Assembly (NCBI GenBank): GCA_964057225.1
Contig: OZ059894.1
Span: forward strand, 14,694,001 to 14,758,000
Length of the DNA: 64,000 bases
Reading direction: 5' to 3'
From: Auanema rhodensis
Taxonomy: Eukaryota > Animalia > Nematoda
The notes under the pieces were generated by a model, which had not been told where the DNA came from, made no database searches, and saw only the letters and a list, made by a program, of their open reading frames with translations. Shown in pieces: positions 27,301 to 45,500 of this stretch. A program made the translations under genes and the position numbers. Numbering within the stretch: position 1 is the first letter of the stretch; each line of letters starts with the position of its first letter.

Positions 27301-29655
27301 GAAGATAACATGACAGGAAAATAGAGAAAAGACTAAGAAAATGGCTAAAAAATGAGCTCAGCTATTGTATTCTGAAGGCTTCTCAATGTCTCTAAAATTC
27401 GGGTTGCTTAGACATTTTCGAAGTCTATAGTCTATTCCTCTATTCTGTGCATACGCGAATTTTATTACGTCGCTTCTCGTGTGGTCATATCGTCTTCCAT
27501 AACAATAACAATGCAAATTCAGAATTTTAAGTTGTAAGCCTGACTCGTCAAACTCGAGTTACATCTTTTCCGATTGTCTTTAGCAGTTAAAGCTTCAAAT
27601 CCAAGAGGCTTTACTTCCTTCATAACGTTTGTTGATGTACATTTTGCCCTTTTCTTCTGTTCGTGTCATGCTCATGATGTTATTCCTCTTCCCAATACCT
27701 CAAACAGTGTTCTAAAAAACCGGAAAAACTGATATTTTACATTTCTCTATGTCTAATCCACATGAATATATTATCTCTCTAGATTCAACTGTCAACCGAC
27801 ATTCAACTAATGTTGTCTGCTTGACAGCTTCGAGGAATGCCCCCCCCCCCTCTCCGCCTAAGCCCATTTCATGCAACAGAGGGCTTTATCCACTAGCAAG
27901 ACCACCTATCCGCCCAAAAGAGACAGCTTTCTCTAAATCTGTGTACTATTAGCTAACTGTGCTATGTGCTTGAAAATGTCTGAGTTCATGCAAGCATTCG
28001 TATAATTTACATTGCCGATGATGGAGAGGTACAGACTTTCAACACATAGTTACACATAGCATAGCAAGTTGATAGAAGCTGCAAAAGCTGTAAGTATATC
28101 AGCTTTTCTTATAATTTTCTTTCCGTATTACTGCTGATGTGTTTCACAGATACGGAAATCAAAGTGAATGTGCTCACATTGCCGTGTGTCTGTGCATGTT
28201 AGCCATGTGTATGCCTTTTGTGACTAATATGATCGAACATTTTTGGAACGAAGTAGCCACATTCAATGACTCTCACGTGTAGTCACTATCTAGCTTCATA
28301 TCCTATTACATATGGGCGACAATTCTCCTTTCTATCTGGGTCCATTTCAAGCAGAAGGATCTAACCACTTCTAGTATCTTTCTGCTCAACCTTTCCTCGT
28401 TTTGCCTGGGCAGATCCCAAACCCTTTTTTCCGTTCCCACTCCTTCCTCCAGTTTCTCGCCGTTTCTTTTACTTTCTCTTTCCTCTTCTACTTTCATTCC
28501 TCAATCCTGCTTGGATGCTCTTCTGTTTGATCTGTCCATCATTTGGTTCTCATACCGGATGTTTCTTCATCCTGTCCATCATTTAAAACATTATCTACTC
28601 ACAACAACCAAAGTTGCAATACTTTCTTTGCTCATATTTTTCCAATTTTTTGCTCCTAGTTCATCTTACTCATTGATTTGTATTTGTCAACAATTCTTAT
28701 CAACAAAAAAAAATCTTTTGGAGCATTCTTCTCTACTTTTGTTTGCAAAAAAAACAAATTTTCCAATTTTCTCTGTAAAATCCTTATCAGAATTAGAGCA
28801 AAACGAAGTATCCAGTACTTTTTTATATATAAATAAGGCTATGAGAGCATACATATACGTACATTGTTGTTGTTGTGTTGTTGTCGTTGTTTGCTCAGGG
28901 TTATGGTCCAGCTTTCCAATGAGTCTATCCCATTTTCGAACCTCGATCCCGTTTTCATTTCTCCATCTTAACCATTTCTAGAAGTCACAAGGAGATTTCC
29001 GTTCTTTACATTTCTTTTACCTATTTTATTGAAAAAGTAATATGCGTATACTTATTCTTTATTCAATATATATATATATATATATATATATACTTTATTA
29101 TATAACTGTTATACACCTATAATACTTCATCTAACCGATATTCACATATAAACTAAACATGTGTATACATGTACCTATACACCTCACAATAACTAATAGA
29201 ATTGAGCGGCAAAGAGACAAAATGAATAATTTCATTTTGATTATTAGGTACTTCCATTATGCATATTTCTCATATTCTGTTCAAATTCTATTTCTTCGTG
29301 TAAATATTGTTCACGTGAGCTTTTTTGTGTATACGCGTGTCTCTTATATTCTAATTTTTTGCAAAACGTATGCTGCACAAGCTCACGTGAACATGAATTG
29401 CTCATTTATCACAATATTCATTTTCGAACGAGTGTATACTGGCTGTGAAAAATTCTTTTTTTTTTCATTTCAATCCGTTTTAACGTTTCTGCGCTTTCTT
29501 GCCCCTACTCTAGCCTTTCTCGTTCACTAATTCATTTTCCGCTTGTATATTACACTCCCTCCCCCCTCACCTTCCTCTCTCTCTTTCTCTCCCTCTCTCT
29601 CTTTGTCTCTCACATTCTTACGCTTTTTTTATCTCTCTCATTCCCTCTCTCTTTC

Positions 29656-29686
<31 letters not shown>

Positions 29687-31985
29687 TTTCCTTTTATTTT
29701 TCGAAACCATTTTTTAATATTTTTTATTTAATCTATCATTATACAGAGAGTTTTCATTCTTTTTATATTATATAATGCAATGTATGGAAGTACATAAGAG
29801 CTACACTCACTAAAACAAATTCTTCCTTCTCAAATATTTATGGCATGCCCACTGGAAATAGTGGAGAACTGGCTCGGTTCACGCCATTGACTGAAACCAT
29901 GTGACGGGGCTTAGCAACCTGAAGAGTTCGAAGCTTTTTCGAATAAATGTTTGAAAAAAAGAACTTAAGAAGACGTTATCTGTGTTCATATGTGGACAAT
30001 GAGCATAGCTTCTTATTTTCGAATAAGAAAGAAAAAATAAGAAACAAAGAAAAAGATCCATATCTGCTTTCATCGTCTCTTATTCAAGGAAGCGCTCTCA
30101 ATCTCTTTTTCACTTTCTCTCTCCAGCAAACATACTACATACACATACAACTTCTAACATCTAATATTACTATAACATTCTTTTGTTGTTTTATTTATTT
30201 AAATTTCATTCTACAGGACATATTTAGAACAAACATGCATACATGCTATGTTCATCGGCATCACTAATCATTCTGTAGTTTCGATTCAAGTTTACTTGAG
30301 AAAGCTTTAATTACATTAGAGTTTCTTCTCTATCCTTTATTTCTTTCTATTCGATGTTTGGGCTTATTTCTACGTTTTTTAAAAGTTTTTACTTCAACTT
30401 TCTTAACAGCTAATTCAAACTGATCTTTGGGCAGTACTAACTTCTTTTACCATACAATTACCATAGTAGTTACTTAGAACATGCTCTTATGCTTCGACAT
30501 CTATTTTTCTTTGAATCATTTCTTTCTTTCTTGGATTTCTTGATATAACTAAATATTTTTGGACTTTAAATGTCTCGATCACGAGGACGAGGGTCCTCCT
30601 CAAATGCGGTGCCACCGGATGACGGTACAGTTAGAGTCAATGGCCTGATACTTCCGGCCGATATGTCAGATGAATTGAAAGACTTAAATTTGCAACTAGA
30701 AGATGTTCAACAAGATGTTTGTTTGTTTCTCTTTCATAATTTATGATACTAAATACAACAATTAGCATCAAAAGCTGAATGACAAGAATGTTCCTGATTA
30801 CAACATATCACGCCAAAATTTAATAGACATAGTCTATGTATAAAATCTCGAGTATTGAGTTTAGAATTCAGCTAACAGACAGCAAAATCAGTATTTACAT
30901 ATAAAATAATATAATTAAAGAATATGATATAGCATATAATATAATATAATATATTTAGTCGCTTGAATCTACCCGACGTATGCTTGCATTATGCGAGGAA
31001 AGTAAAGAAGCCGGTATCAAAACTCTTGTTATGCTTGATGATCAAGGAGGTTGTTTTCAAAAAGAGCTCAATTTTTTAGCTGAAATGTTTATTTTTCAGA
31101 ACAGTTAGAGCGTTGTGAAGGTGCTCTGGACACAATTAATCAAGATATGAAAGAAGCTGAAGAACATCTGAAGGGTATGGAAAAATGCTGTGGTTTATGT
31201 GTTCTTCCATGGAATAGGTTTTTATACTTTCATTTTCATTTAAATTAATAATCTAAATATAATTCAGAACTGACGATTTCGAGAAAAATTCCGAATATGC
31301 TAAAGCTTGGAAGAAGGATGATGATGGAGGTGTTATATCCGATCAGCCAAGGATCACAGTAGGAGACGCAGCCATGGGCCCACAAGGTGGCTACATCACC
31401 AGGTATGTGCTTAACTTAAATTGTTTATATGATGGCTTGAATTATCCAAACCGTTTTGCTCATTTCATTTCCTTTCAGAATAACAAATGATGCTCGAGAA
31501 GATGAAATGGATGAGAACGTTCAACAAGTTTGTTGTTTCTATAACTTAATTGATGATATTAAACAGTTTGCATATAAATATAAATATTATATATCAAAAT
31601 GGAAATATTTAAACCGTTTGAATATTGTGCAAAACATCTGAGCTAATTTGAGAAAAAGGAAAAAAACATATTTGACGTTGTGTATTAACGCTTTAATTTC
31701 AAATATTCTAATATAATGTATAATGTCCTAACTATTCAAAGGTTTTTGCTTCCAGGTTTCTACGATGGTTGGTAATTTACGTAACATGGCTATTGATATG
31801 TCAACAGAAGTTTCGAACCAGAACAGACAACTTGATCGTATTGCTGACAAGGTTCGTTCACTTCTTTCTCCTCTTTCTTCAATTATCCAGAAGAGAATAA
31901 ACGAACCACCTTTTTCCAGGCTCAATCTAATGAAGTTCGTGTTGAATCAGCTAACAAGAGGGCTAACAAACTTCTAACTAAATAA
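24303..31985 (+). CDS. ric-4: SNAP-25, isoform a (distal first exon)
   Basis: Exon 1a 24303-24368 ([22 protein letters not shown]) follows a TTTCAG site. Shared exons 30959-31049, 31100-31217, 31268-31402, 31479-31527, 31756-31851 and 31920-31985 give [68 protein letters not shown]...[69 protein letters not shown]. Confidence 0.97.
29066..29092. repeat. (AT)n microsatellite
   Basis: About 13 AT units in ric-4 intron 1. Confidence 0.9.
29575..29686. repeat. Imperfect (CT)n tract
   Basis: Interrupted CT dinucleotide runs. Confidence 0.85.
30570..30716 (+). CDS. ric-4: SNAP-25 alternative first exon (isoform b)
   Basis: 49 codons, [49 protein letters not shown], with a phase-0 GT donor compatible with the exon at 30959. 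[13 protein letters not shown] resembles the C. elegans RIC-4b N-terminus as I recall it. Confidence 0.88.
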
Positions 31986-34227
31986 GCTGATCAGGTGGCA
32001 ATAACAATGATTACAAACGTTCTCAACAAAGTTATATATTTAATTATTTAATACATTCTCTGGTTTAAAATCAAATTTCAATATTTCTTTTGGGTATTGA
32101 AAGAAACATTATATTTTCATATGTTCTCGTTATTTTTATAGCTTAAACGCAAATTTTAACTTCAAACATTGACAAATCCTTAGCTCCGATCATCATGTCT
32201 GTGTAGAGTCCTTCTTCTTAACATCCCATTTTCTTCTTCAACTCATTTTTTCTCATCGAACCAAATTATCTATTTGAACCTTTTTTAAACATAATGTTCA
32301 AGTTGTAAATTCAATTTACATAGTTAAAGGTTAAACATTAATAATTGCGCTCTTCGCCTCAACTTTCCAATCAACCATTCCTTGCAACGTAGATGATGAA
32401 CACGTCATCCAAACCAAACGATGACAGCCCTCTTTGCATGCTGATACTGTATAATTACGTTACAGTTCAAAAAGCTAGCTATAGTTTATCAATTAACTTG
32501 AAACTATGTATACACACCCTAATATACTAGTCGCCAAAATAAATTGTTTTTAACAATTTAACAAAATACAATCATTTACTACAACACATGTATATGTATA
32601 TATACATACCTATATATATACAATTAACATCCACAAAACGTTATATCAGAAGATAATACACTAACACAATTGAAATGTGAAGATCTTGATAATATTCTGA
32701 CATATTAACATAAGGAAGATGATAATGAAGAACGAGTAAAAGAAGAACAGGAGGTGATGAATTTTTTGTTGATGGTAGAGCGAATAGAAGAAAATGAAAA
32801 CTGAGAACACACAATAGGAATGAAAAATAATAAAAAACATTAATAATAAAGTATTACGTGAACATAAATTTCAAAAAAAAACATGAAAATTATAAATAAT
32901 CCAATACAATAGATTAAAAGTAACATAATACAACAATAACTATAATGAATTGAAGAGATAATGTGAGTTATTCTTCCCAATTTCCTCCCCTTTCTCTCTA
33001 ACTTCCAACTTCCTCTTTTTCAAATTCGCATACATGATTAAGACTTGAGTGAGAACAATTATACATAAATGTTTTTTGCTCAGAAAAAAACTTTTTGATG
33101 TTTACATATAAATCTTGGAATAGTCTGCTCTGTATTCTAAATGTGGAAAAAAATAAAAACAATACATATGAATGTATGTATAATAGGAATCTAAATGAAG
33201 TGTTGTAACCAAGACACAACCTCGAATCTGCATGTATACCGGACAAAGTGAGATAAATTCCAATTTCTAAAAAGGAATTCAAACGATATGAGATGAAGTA
33301 ATTTTCCTCTTTTTTAGGTAAATATATGCACAACAACAAACAAAATGAATATTTCCCGCACAAGATCAATCTTAAGGTGCACGCTTATCATAAACATCAT
33401 TCTTACATGGGCTTATGAACTGATTGAATCTTAATGTGATTTCAGAGTTAACATCAAAAGTTAGATTGTTCGACATGTTCCGAACATCCATTATTTGTTT
33501 CTGACAGAGATGTAGAAAATATTTTCACACTAGTTCCGTACATGGTAAAGTGATATAGAAGTCTAGGATGGTAGAAAACAAAATATTTCCGTACAAACTC
33601 ATTAATTTAATGAGTTGCACATTTATGGATGACTATTATAAAATAAAAACCAGTGCTTCGTTAGAATAACCGGAAAAAATACACGAAAATACAAAAATTC
33701 AAATTTTAATAAAATTATTAAAAATACGATACACTTTAAATCTATGAAACATCTAAACTCCCTTCTGATAATTTAGTGAGTTTTATACAAAACAAATGTC
33801 AAAAAGATGCGCTGAATCTTTTCTCCGAGCACTCAAAGTATGTTCATTTTAAAAATAAAAAAGAAAAGAAGATAATTCATATAAATTTAAGTTATAAGTC
33901 ATAACCCCAAGTTCAAAAAAGATTAGACATTTTTCAGGAAAGGTAGCACTACCAAAGCAAACAAGAAACTAGCGCAGATATGTCTGTTTTTTTTTTCAAA
34001 TCAGAGATAACGTTTGTAATAATAGAAAATCTTCGCTTCAGAATCTTTAAATGTTCTGAAAAGAGGTCTCACTTATGTTCAGCATAGTTAGAACCTTTTT
34101 AATGCGTGCACCCAATATTTGGTAGGATGTGCTAAAGCAAAACAAGCAACACAGTTTAGGATGAATAGGGATAACGAAACAATTATAAATGTACCATTGC
34201 AAATGGTTCCACGATCATACAAGCAGA

Positions 34228-37916
<3,689 letters not shown>

Positions 37917-40900
37917 GGTCGATGGAGTAGGGAGGGCCGATGAGCGCCTACAAAAATCAGAATGATTAGGAAAAAGTAGGAATAAGTCATGAAATTAAAA
38001 AAGTGGAATAGGTTACAATTAACCTAATGTTCTCAGAAAATAGAAAAATAAATGAAATAACCTGGTAAATAGTCGTTTATCCAACATTATAGAGTTGGAA
38101 AGAGTTGTTTAAAAAAGAATTAATATTGGACTATGTAAGATATATGAAGATTATCAATGGGAACAAGCTTATGACTAAGAAAAGGGGAAGTTGAATAAAT
38201 GCTTTGGGCGGAAACTCGCCTGATAGCTTCGAATTATGATAGTAAATTTAATATATAATCGGAAAATGAGAAAACATGTTAAAAATAAAAAGAAATGATG
38301 GATTGCAGAGTAACGAAGGAAGAAAGGTTGGGAAAATAAAAAGAGCGCGAAGATTTAAACGCAAAACATAGTGAATAAAGGCACACCAAGTTCATTGAAA
38401 ACTTATTTAAAACGCCATAGTATTTTAATTACAACTCTGTTTAACGCAATATTTGAATAAATATAATTTTCAATATTATAATAATATTACAGGACAAAAA
38501 TCAACGAAATCTCGCCGGGAACGACCTCAAAAAGTGGCAAAATATCTAGCACTGGTCACAAAAACATGTTGTGATGGAGGCGTTGGTCGGCCGACACACA
38601 AGAGTGCAGGATCGATCAATACTAGCACTATCCATAGTCGACATAACAATAAATATACTAAGAAAACAGTGCTACTGCTGTTCACAACGAAGGTTGAGCA
38701 TGGCTGATTGTGATGATTATTGTGAGTTTGTTGGTTTAGTGAGGTTACGACGCATGTGACTGAATGTTTATAATAAGAATCAGATTGAGCTATTGTTTGA
38801 AGAAGAAAAACGTTAATTTCGATTATTACGTGAGTTCACGATATATATTTTCTTCCAAGAAAAAAATATTGTAGGGAATAACATTTCGAGTGCGATAGTT
38901 GAAGAGTTGGATGAGATTAGTCTTTGTTACCACATAAATCACTAAGCAAGAAATGTTAGATGTCTAAGTGCAGCGAAAACGAAGAGGAATTCAAACTTTT
39001 TTTCAGAAACTTCCAAGATTTCGTGACGATTAATGCATGTGAGCATAGTAAAGGTTGAAAAAGAAGGACACATTTGTAGAAGCTATCAAATGCTTCAAGG
39101 GATTCAATTTTATAATTACTGCACCTAGAGCAGGCTTCTCTTCTCTATTTCTCTCACTTAAGTTCTAGAGTTTGGAATTAACAAACTACATACGTTTTTC
39201 GAGGATGAAGAAAGTTTATTGAATATTTTCTTGTGATACTTAAGTCATTAGCGACTCATGCATATATTACTATCAACTAATAATTGAATATAAACAAACC
39301 AAAAAAATTGAAGTCCGCTTAGTTGAAAAAATTAAAAGAAAAGATGAGGAATGGATGGTGACGGCAATTCTGCCCCTTTTTCCATGATCAGTTTAACGTC
39401 AGATATTGTAGGTTGGCCGTCGTTGTTCAATAAAGAATCAAGGAGTAAAAACAAGAGAAAGAGAAAAATGAAGAGAATAAGAATGAAAACGAGGGAGGGA
39501 AATGTGAGAAACAGAAAGAGGAAAAAGAATGAGAAAAAGAGACGTGCTGTGTTTGCCTGCCCGTTGTGGTGGCAGTGATGGTGGATGGTCTTGCGGATGC
39601 TGTCGACGTTGAGGAAGCCCATAGAGACATCAACAACAGCCCGGGAGAAAGAGCAACATAGTAGAAGCACAAATAGGTAAGTAGATGGAAAATGAAGGAG
39701 ACAAAGCCAGGCCAGAAGTACGGGAGAAAAAATCGAATGAAATGAAACCTATGGATGTTGAAGAAAGGGCAGAAAAGAAACAACAAGCATGAAGACAGAT
39801 GGAAGCATAAATATGATGTCGTTTTTGTGTGCGTTTCTCTGTTTCTCTCTCTCGCTCTCGATCTCTCTCTACACCTTTTTCTCTCCCTCTCTCGATTGTT
39901 TCATTCTGTTTCTTGTCTTTCTTTATAGCCTATCGATAGCATAGTAGCTAGATGATGGAAAAACAATCGAGACGGACGAAAAAGTAACAAGAATAGATAA
40001 GAATTAAACAACTGCCAGTATAGAATAGAAGAGAAGGAAAGAAATACATTGAATAGAAGAAATACGAATGGAGAGGTAGAGTGTAAGAAAGATATAAAAT
40101 ACAAAAGGACCCAAAAATGAACTAAAATGGATGGACTGTCGGAGATACAGCGAAAAACAGAAAAGATATCAGCATTCCCTAATATTGAATATACGATGTA
40201 CACCAATAACCACGGGTTAAAGTAAGGGTACAGAGTGCAGGAGACTAGAGTCGGCTTCCCTTCGGCACACTCTTCAACTCGAAACATTGGAAAATATGAC
40301 GAATATCGGCTAGAGACAGTATATTAGAGAGTATAAGTATTAATAGTGAATAATAGAATATACTATAAAGATATAATGCAAAAACGAGAGATATTGGTGA
40401 AGTAAGATAGAGCGAGGGATGAGGTCGATCATGAAGAGCATTTGAAATGATTATGCAGAACCCTCTATTTCCCTATTTCATCTTTTTTCCTCTCTACATC
40501 TCTTTCCCGTTTGCCTCACTCTCACTCTCTAGCTATTCCTTCTTAGCATCTCTGTTAAGAACGGAACGGGAGAGAAAGAGTGCGCGCTGAACAACGATAA
40601 GTTCGAATAGAACAACATCAACAAGAAGGGCAGTTGCCCTCCGATCAACTCACTCAGGATGTGTCAGACGGCCAAGAGAACGACGACGTTCCTAGCTAAT
40701 GTCATCGTCATTGTGGACGATTTGACAATTGGCATCAGTGCTATGCCCCCTGTGCACGGCACAGTGACGCAGGTTTCTCCTCCCTACTTCTCTCATTCAT
40801 TTCACATCTATGATTAAATTGAATGTTTAAAAACGAAAAAATAGCTTGATAAAGCCTAAAAGAAGGTTTATTTTTCTTAATTTTTGTTTTTAAGCTATCA

Positions 40901-42421
40901 AGCTGATGTTGTAAACATCTCAAGTCTCATTAATAGTCGAATTATACACATGGTATCGGCTCTTATCATTCAATATCTAGGACAAAATTGGTGTATCATA
41001 CGCTACAATACAGTATGAGAGAGCAAGATGATGAGAGATTAAATATATAAATTTAAAAAAAATATATATAATTAATAGATTAGAAATGAACTTATATGTA
41101 TATTTTTTACTATTATACATCGAATACGAAATGAATATGTTATCATGTATTCAAATATAAAAAGAAATATAGTATATAGTATATAATAAATAGCTATATT
41201 CTTATAATGAAATAGATTTTACTTTCTTTTTTCTTCCCCCAAATATTATATTTCTAACATCTTTCCATAGAGAATATTGCAAAAAGAAATCTTCAAGTAT
41301 AATAGAGAGTGCAATGAAATGTACATACATTTGTATATGGACATTCCTCTTTATATGGTTTCAATTGACAACTCAACGAGGAAACTAACTTTGGATGTTT
41401 TTCTTACCCTTTTGGTATTGGTCTTCATCATCATCATCATCTCTCTCTCTCTCTCTTTTTTTCTCTCTCTCTCTCTCTCTCTTCTTTACGTTATCAATAT
41501 CTCCATCATTTTTATATTCTTTTATACTAAATATCTTCATCTATTTCTAAACATCCTTAGTTTCTCCTTTTGCTATTTCTTTTTCATATTTTGTCTTCAT
41601 TCTTGATATGTATAATCGTTTGTTCTATGGCATACAATCTATTCTGCAAAACAGTCAGAAAGTGAAATCGTCTTTCTGATAGTATGTTTTCTAGTGAATG
41701 ATTGAAAACAAAACGATAACTCAAGATCTCCAGCAATACCATCATCACAACTACCGACACACATTCAAAAGCAGCTTTTGTCTCTCTTTTTCATAAGCAT
41801 CTATATCAAAAGACACTGACATACAAACGAACACACACACACACACAGACATACTCACGTATATAGATTGTTATATATATATATACACTTATACAGAGAT
41901 CTATGTATATGTACATTTATCTTCAGAATAAATACAACTTTCATCGTTTTTCGATTCAGAATATTGCTTAGATCATCTGTACTTTGTGAAATGGAACTAG
42001 AAGCTTAAGAAATAATACTAAAAACGATTGCGTTCAATGCAAAATCACAAAGCTCTTAAAGGTTAATGAAGTATAAATCGTATATTTGATAATAAGAAAA
42101 GAGCTTTTGAATATAACCTCATAAAGTGGGTGACATGTCATCTAAAGGCTGCAAATCGAACATATGTGGACATTAACAGGAAGTCACAGCAAAATAGGAA
42201 AATATGTTTGAGAATCAGTGAAAATATAGAAGCAAGAAAACAATTATCGTCGTTGTTTTCCCAGCATTTTCTAATCTTCTGTGCTCATCCTACATGGAAT
42301 GAATGGTAAGTGAAAACCATATTTAAGAAAAATGTCTCTCAGCTTGGTTGTTTTGTTTTTAGCTTTCTACACCTGCAACTAAAAAAAGATGGAAGAAACT
42401 GAATGAGCTAAAGAAAGTAAA

Positions 42422-42448
42422 AGAGAGAAATAGGGAGTGAAACAGAGA

Positions 42449-42480
<32 letters not shown>

Positions 42481-42491
42481 AATAGGGAGTG

Positions 42492-42540
<49 letters not shown>
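42422..42540. repeat. (GA)n tract containing a tandemly duplicated AGAAATAGGGAGTGAAACAG unit
   Basis: The unit appears twice, about 52 bp apart, embedded in GA runs. Confidence 0.9.
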
Positions 42541-45500
42541 ATAGAAGAAAAAGTAGAAAAAACCGGTGAAGAGAGATAAGAATAACGAATAGAACCGAGA
42601 AATATGCAGATTAAGAAAGAGTAAGAACATGAACACTGTAATTTGGGCTTGTTTACCAGTTGGCTGAGGACTTCTTCGCACCATTTGAAAAGGATAACTT
42701 TCAGTCTATGTTTTTGAGCAGATATTTTAATGAAAAAACGACCAAAAACTAAAAACTACGTGAAGAAATTTAAACAACACGAGTAAAAAAGAGTAATGAG
42801 TTATTGAATAATTGGTAAAATGTTGAAGTTGCTGTCAAAGATTTTGAAGAAATCTATCCGGAACTAGTCGAAGCGAAGAACTTAACACAAGACTGAGCGT
42901 GGAAGTGGAAATTAAGGTTAAACAAAGTATAATTAATTCTGTAATAAATTCGGAGAAAAAAAATTTTTTTGATCGGTTTTTGATGTCTGTTAATAGTTTT
43001 GTACTGCTTGCAATTCTCTTGGCTGTTGACAAGCCTGAAATTAGCATATAAAATAGTTGAAGCAGCATTACAAATAATAGAAAATTGTATAATTATTAGA
43101 TTATAAGGCACTATATGTCATCTTTTAAATAATATAAACATAATTTTTTTAAACTTGCTTTCTCATAAAAGCTAGACATCGTTCTCTATTTATTCAGACT
43201 GTGTGAGATAGATAATGATTGAATGAGATAGAGATGAATATTAGAGTTGCAATATGGAAGAAAACATTATACTTATTGTTTTTAGTTCAAAAGATAATTT
43301 ACTTATCGTTAGACACAAATAATTTCTGTTCATTATATTAAAATCATGTTATTCGCCAGAAAAATGCTGACAGCAGCATGCTGTCGCTTAGCCTGGCTCT
43401 ACTACACACAAAACCAGGCAAGCAAGCTCATATACATACATACACACAAGTATGTACATATATATGCACAGACACATCGACATATGAAGTTCAAGTCAGA
43501 GAAGGCAAAAATAGACAAAAAACCAATTGAGATAAGAGGCATAGAGAGTTCAAGCAAGAGAATTGTTTAAAACTGAACTCTTTTTCCTCATTTAGTGAGA
43601 TCTTAAAAATGCTAGGAATCGTGAATTCATTAAATATACTAAGAATTCAAAATCTTAAAACTAAAGATATGGAATATGGCAGAAAGACAAAGAAAAAAGT
43701 GACAAGTGAAGTTGAGTTGGATGTTCAAATGAAAAGATATGTAGATGACTATAGAAGTGAAGAATGTAGTAAGAAGTAGGAACTATCGAAGAGAGAGACG
43801 GAGAGAGAGAGAGAGATGAATAGAAATGAAAAAGATGTAGATAGATAGAGAGAGAAGGAGAAAGAATCAAAACAGGGCAAGAGGAAAAGAAATATAGAAA
43901 ACTCTACAAGATTGAGATAGGGGAAGTAAGAGAAAGAGAGAGGGAGAGAAAAACAGTCGGAGGGAGAGAGAGAGAGAAAAAGAGAGAAAAAAGAATATTG
44001 GAATGAAAAGAGAGAAATAAAAGTTCATATTATGCTCGTCAAAGCATCATGTGTTCTTTGTCCATGTTGATGTCTGCTCTCTTGATTCATAGAGATACAA
44101 ATTCTCATACCATGGGTATTTTTAAATTTGAAACGAAAAAAAGAAAATAAAGTGAGAAAACGAGAAATTCACTTCCAGCCAAAAACCTAATTTGTTTTTT
44201 TTTGTTTTGAAAAAAAATATAAATATGTTAAACTATTAATCTCAATGATAGTGCCAAAAATTTGAATTTCGATGAAGTTCTATTTCATCGTTATATAGCA
44301 GGAACTGTTTTTGAATAAATGATCAATATTAATCAAAATTCCAATTGATTACGGTATGATACATCATATAACATCATAAATATGTATGATATATATATAT
44401 GTATATACATATGTGTTTCAAAATAATTCAATAATAAAAAAAGAAGATTTTACAATAGATGAGATCATACTTTATTTACAAATTCTTAAGAAGGGATGAG
44501 AGAAGACCTAAAAGAAGCAACTATATCACATATAGTCATTGAGGAAACAACAAAATGAAGTGAAATGTTGATTGAAGTTATGGAAACAGCAGCAGCAGAT
44601 TCCAAAAATACTTGATTGAATAGATAAATAAATTTTCACATAAATATTTGTATTAGACATGAAAATGATATTTAGTATATGAGCTCAATGACGATAATCC
44701 CTTCTTAAATTGATCTTATAGCTTTTCTTTATTCATACATTTTGTCATAAAATTTCATCCATAAAAGTAATTTCACTTGGCATTACATATGTAAAATGAA
44801 AAAAAACATCAGTTAGTTTAGTAAATAATAATTAATAATAGCTAGAATATCTACAGTGATGTATAAGTAATAATAAGCTAATAAAAATTAAACATCTAAT
44901 TTATCTATAGCTATTCAAATTGTTTTCAATATTGAAAAGTAATATAATAGTCTCTATTTACTGAATATAGACATCTGTTCATAGTACTTTCTGTTGGGTT
45001 AGAAGAGTAAAGAGTGAAGAAAGAGAGAGATAGGGAGAGAAAGAGAGAGAGAGGGAAATGGGTTGGAAAGTGAGAGAAAGAGGTGAACGCTTTTTGTTCC
45101 ACACTTTGCTTCCTTTACGCTGGTATTGCAAAAAATATTGCACTTTCTTTCACTTTTACAAAACGAAAAAAATAAAACAGAAAGTGTTAAAGTGATTTTT
45201 AGTCGATTGCAAAAACTATATGTCAACAACTATTATTAAATTTATATTATATATTTAAAAAACTTCGTGAAAAGGGTCAAATTTCTCAAGAAAATTTGTA
45301 AAAAATATGCGGTTTCTGTTGAGCATAAATAGCAAAGGACAACAGACTATAAATATGCTTATTATACCATTATTAGTTTTTATAATTATTATTATTAGAT
45401 AAATTACTCATGTAGTTAACCAAAAACAACTTTTGCAGCATAATATATTTTTATTTGTAAAACCTACAACAAAATTTTGAGCAATCACATATGCAATTTT

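Noticed and set aside
16993-30267. Many Phe/Leu/Ser-rich ORFs resembling membrane proteins (also 39332-45229)
   Set aside because: Produced by T/C-rich low-complexity non-coding DNA; no consistent exon structure or recognisable motifs.
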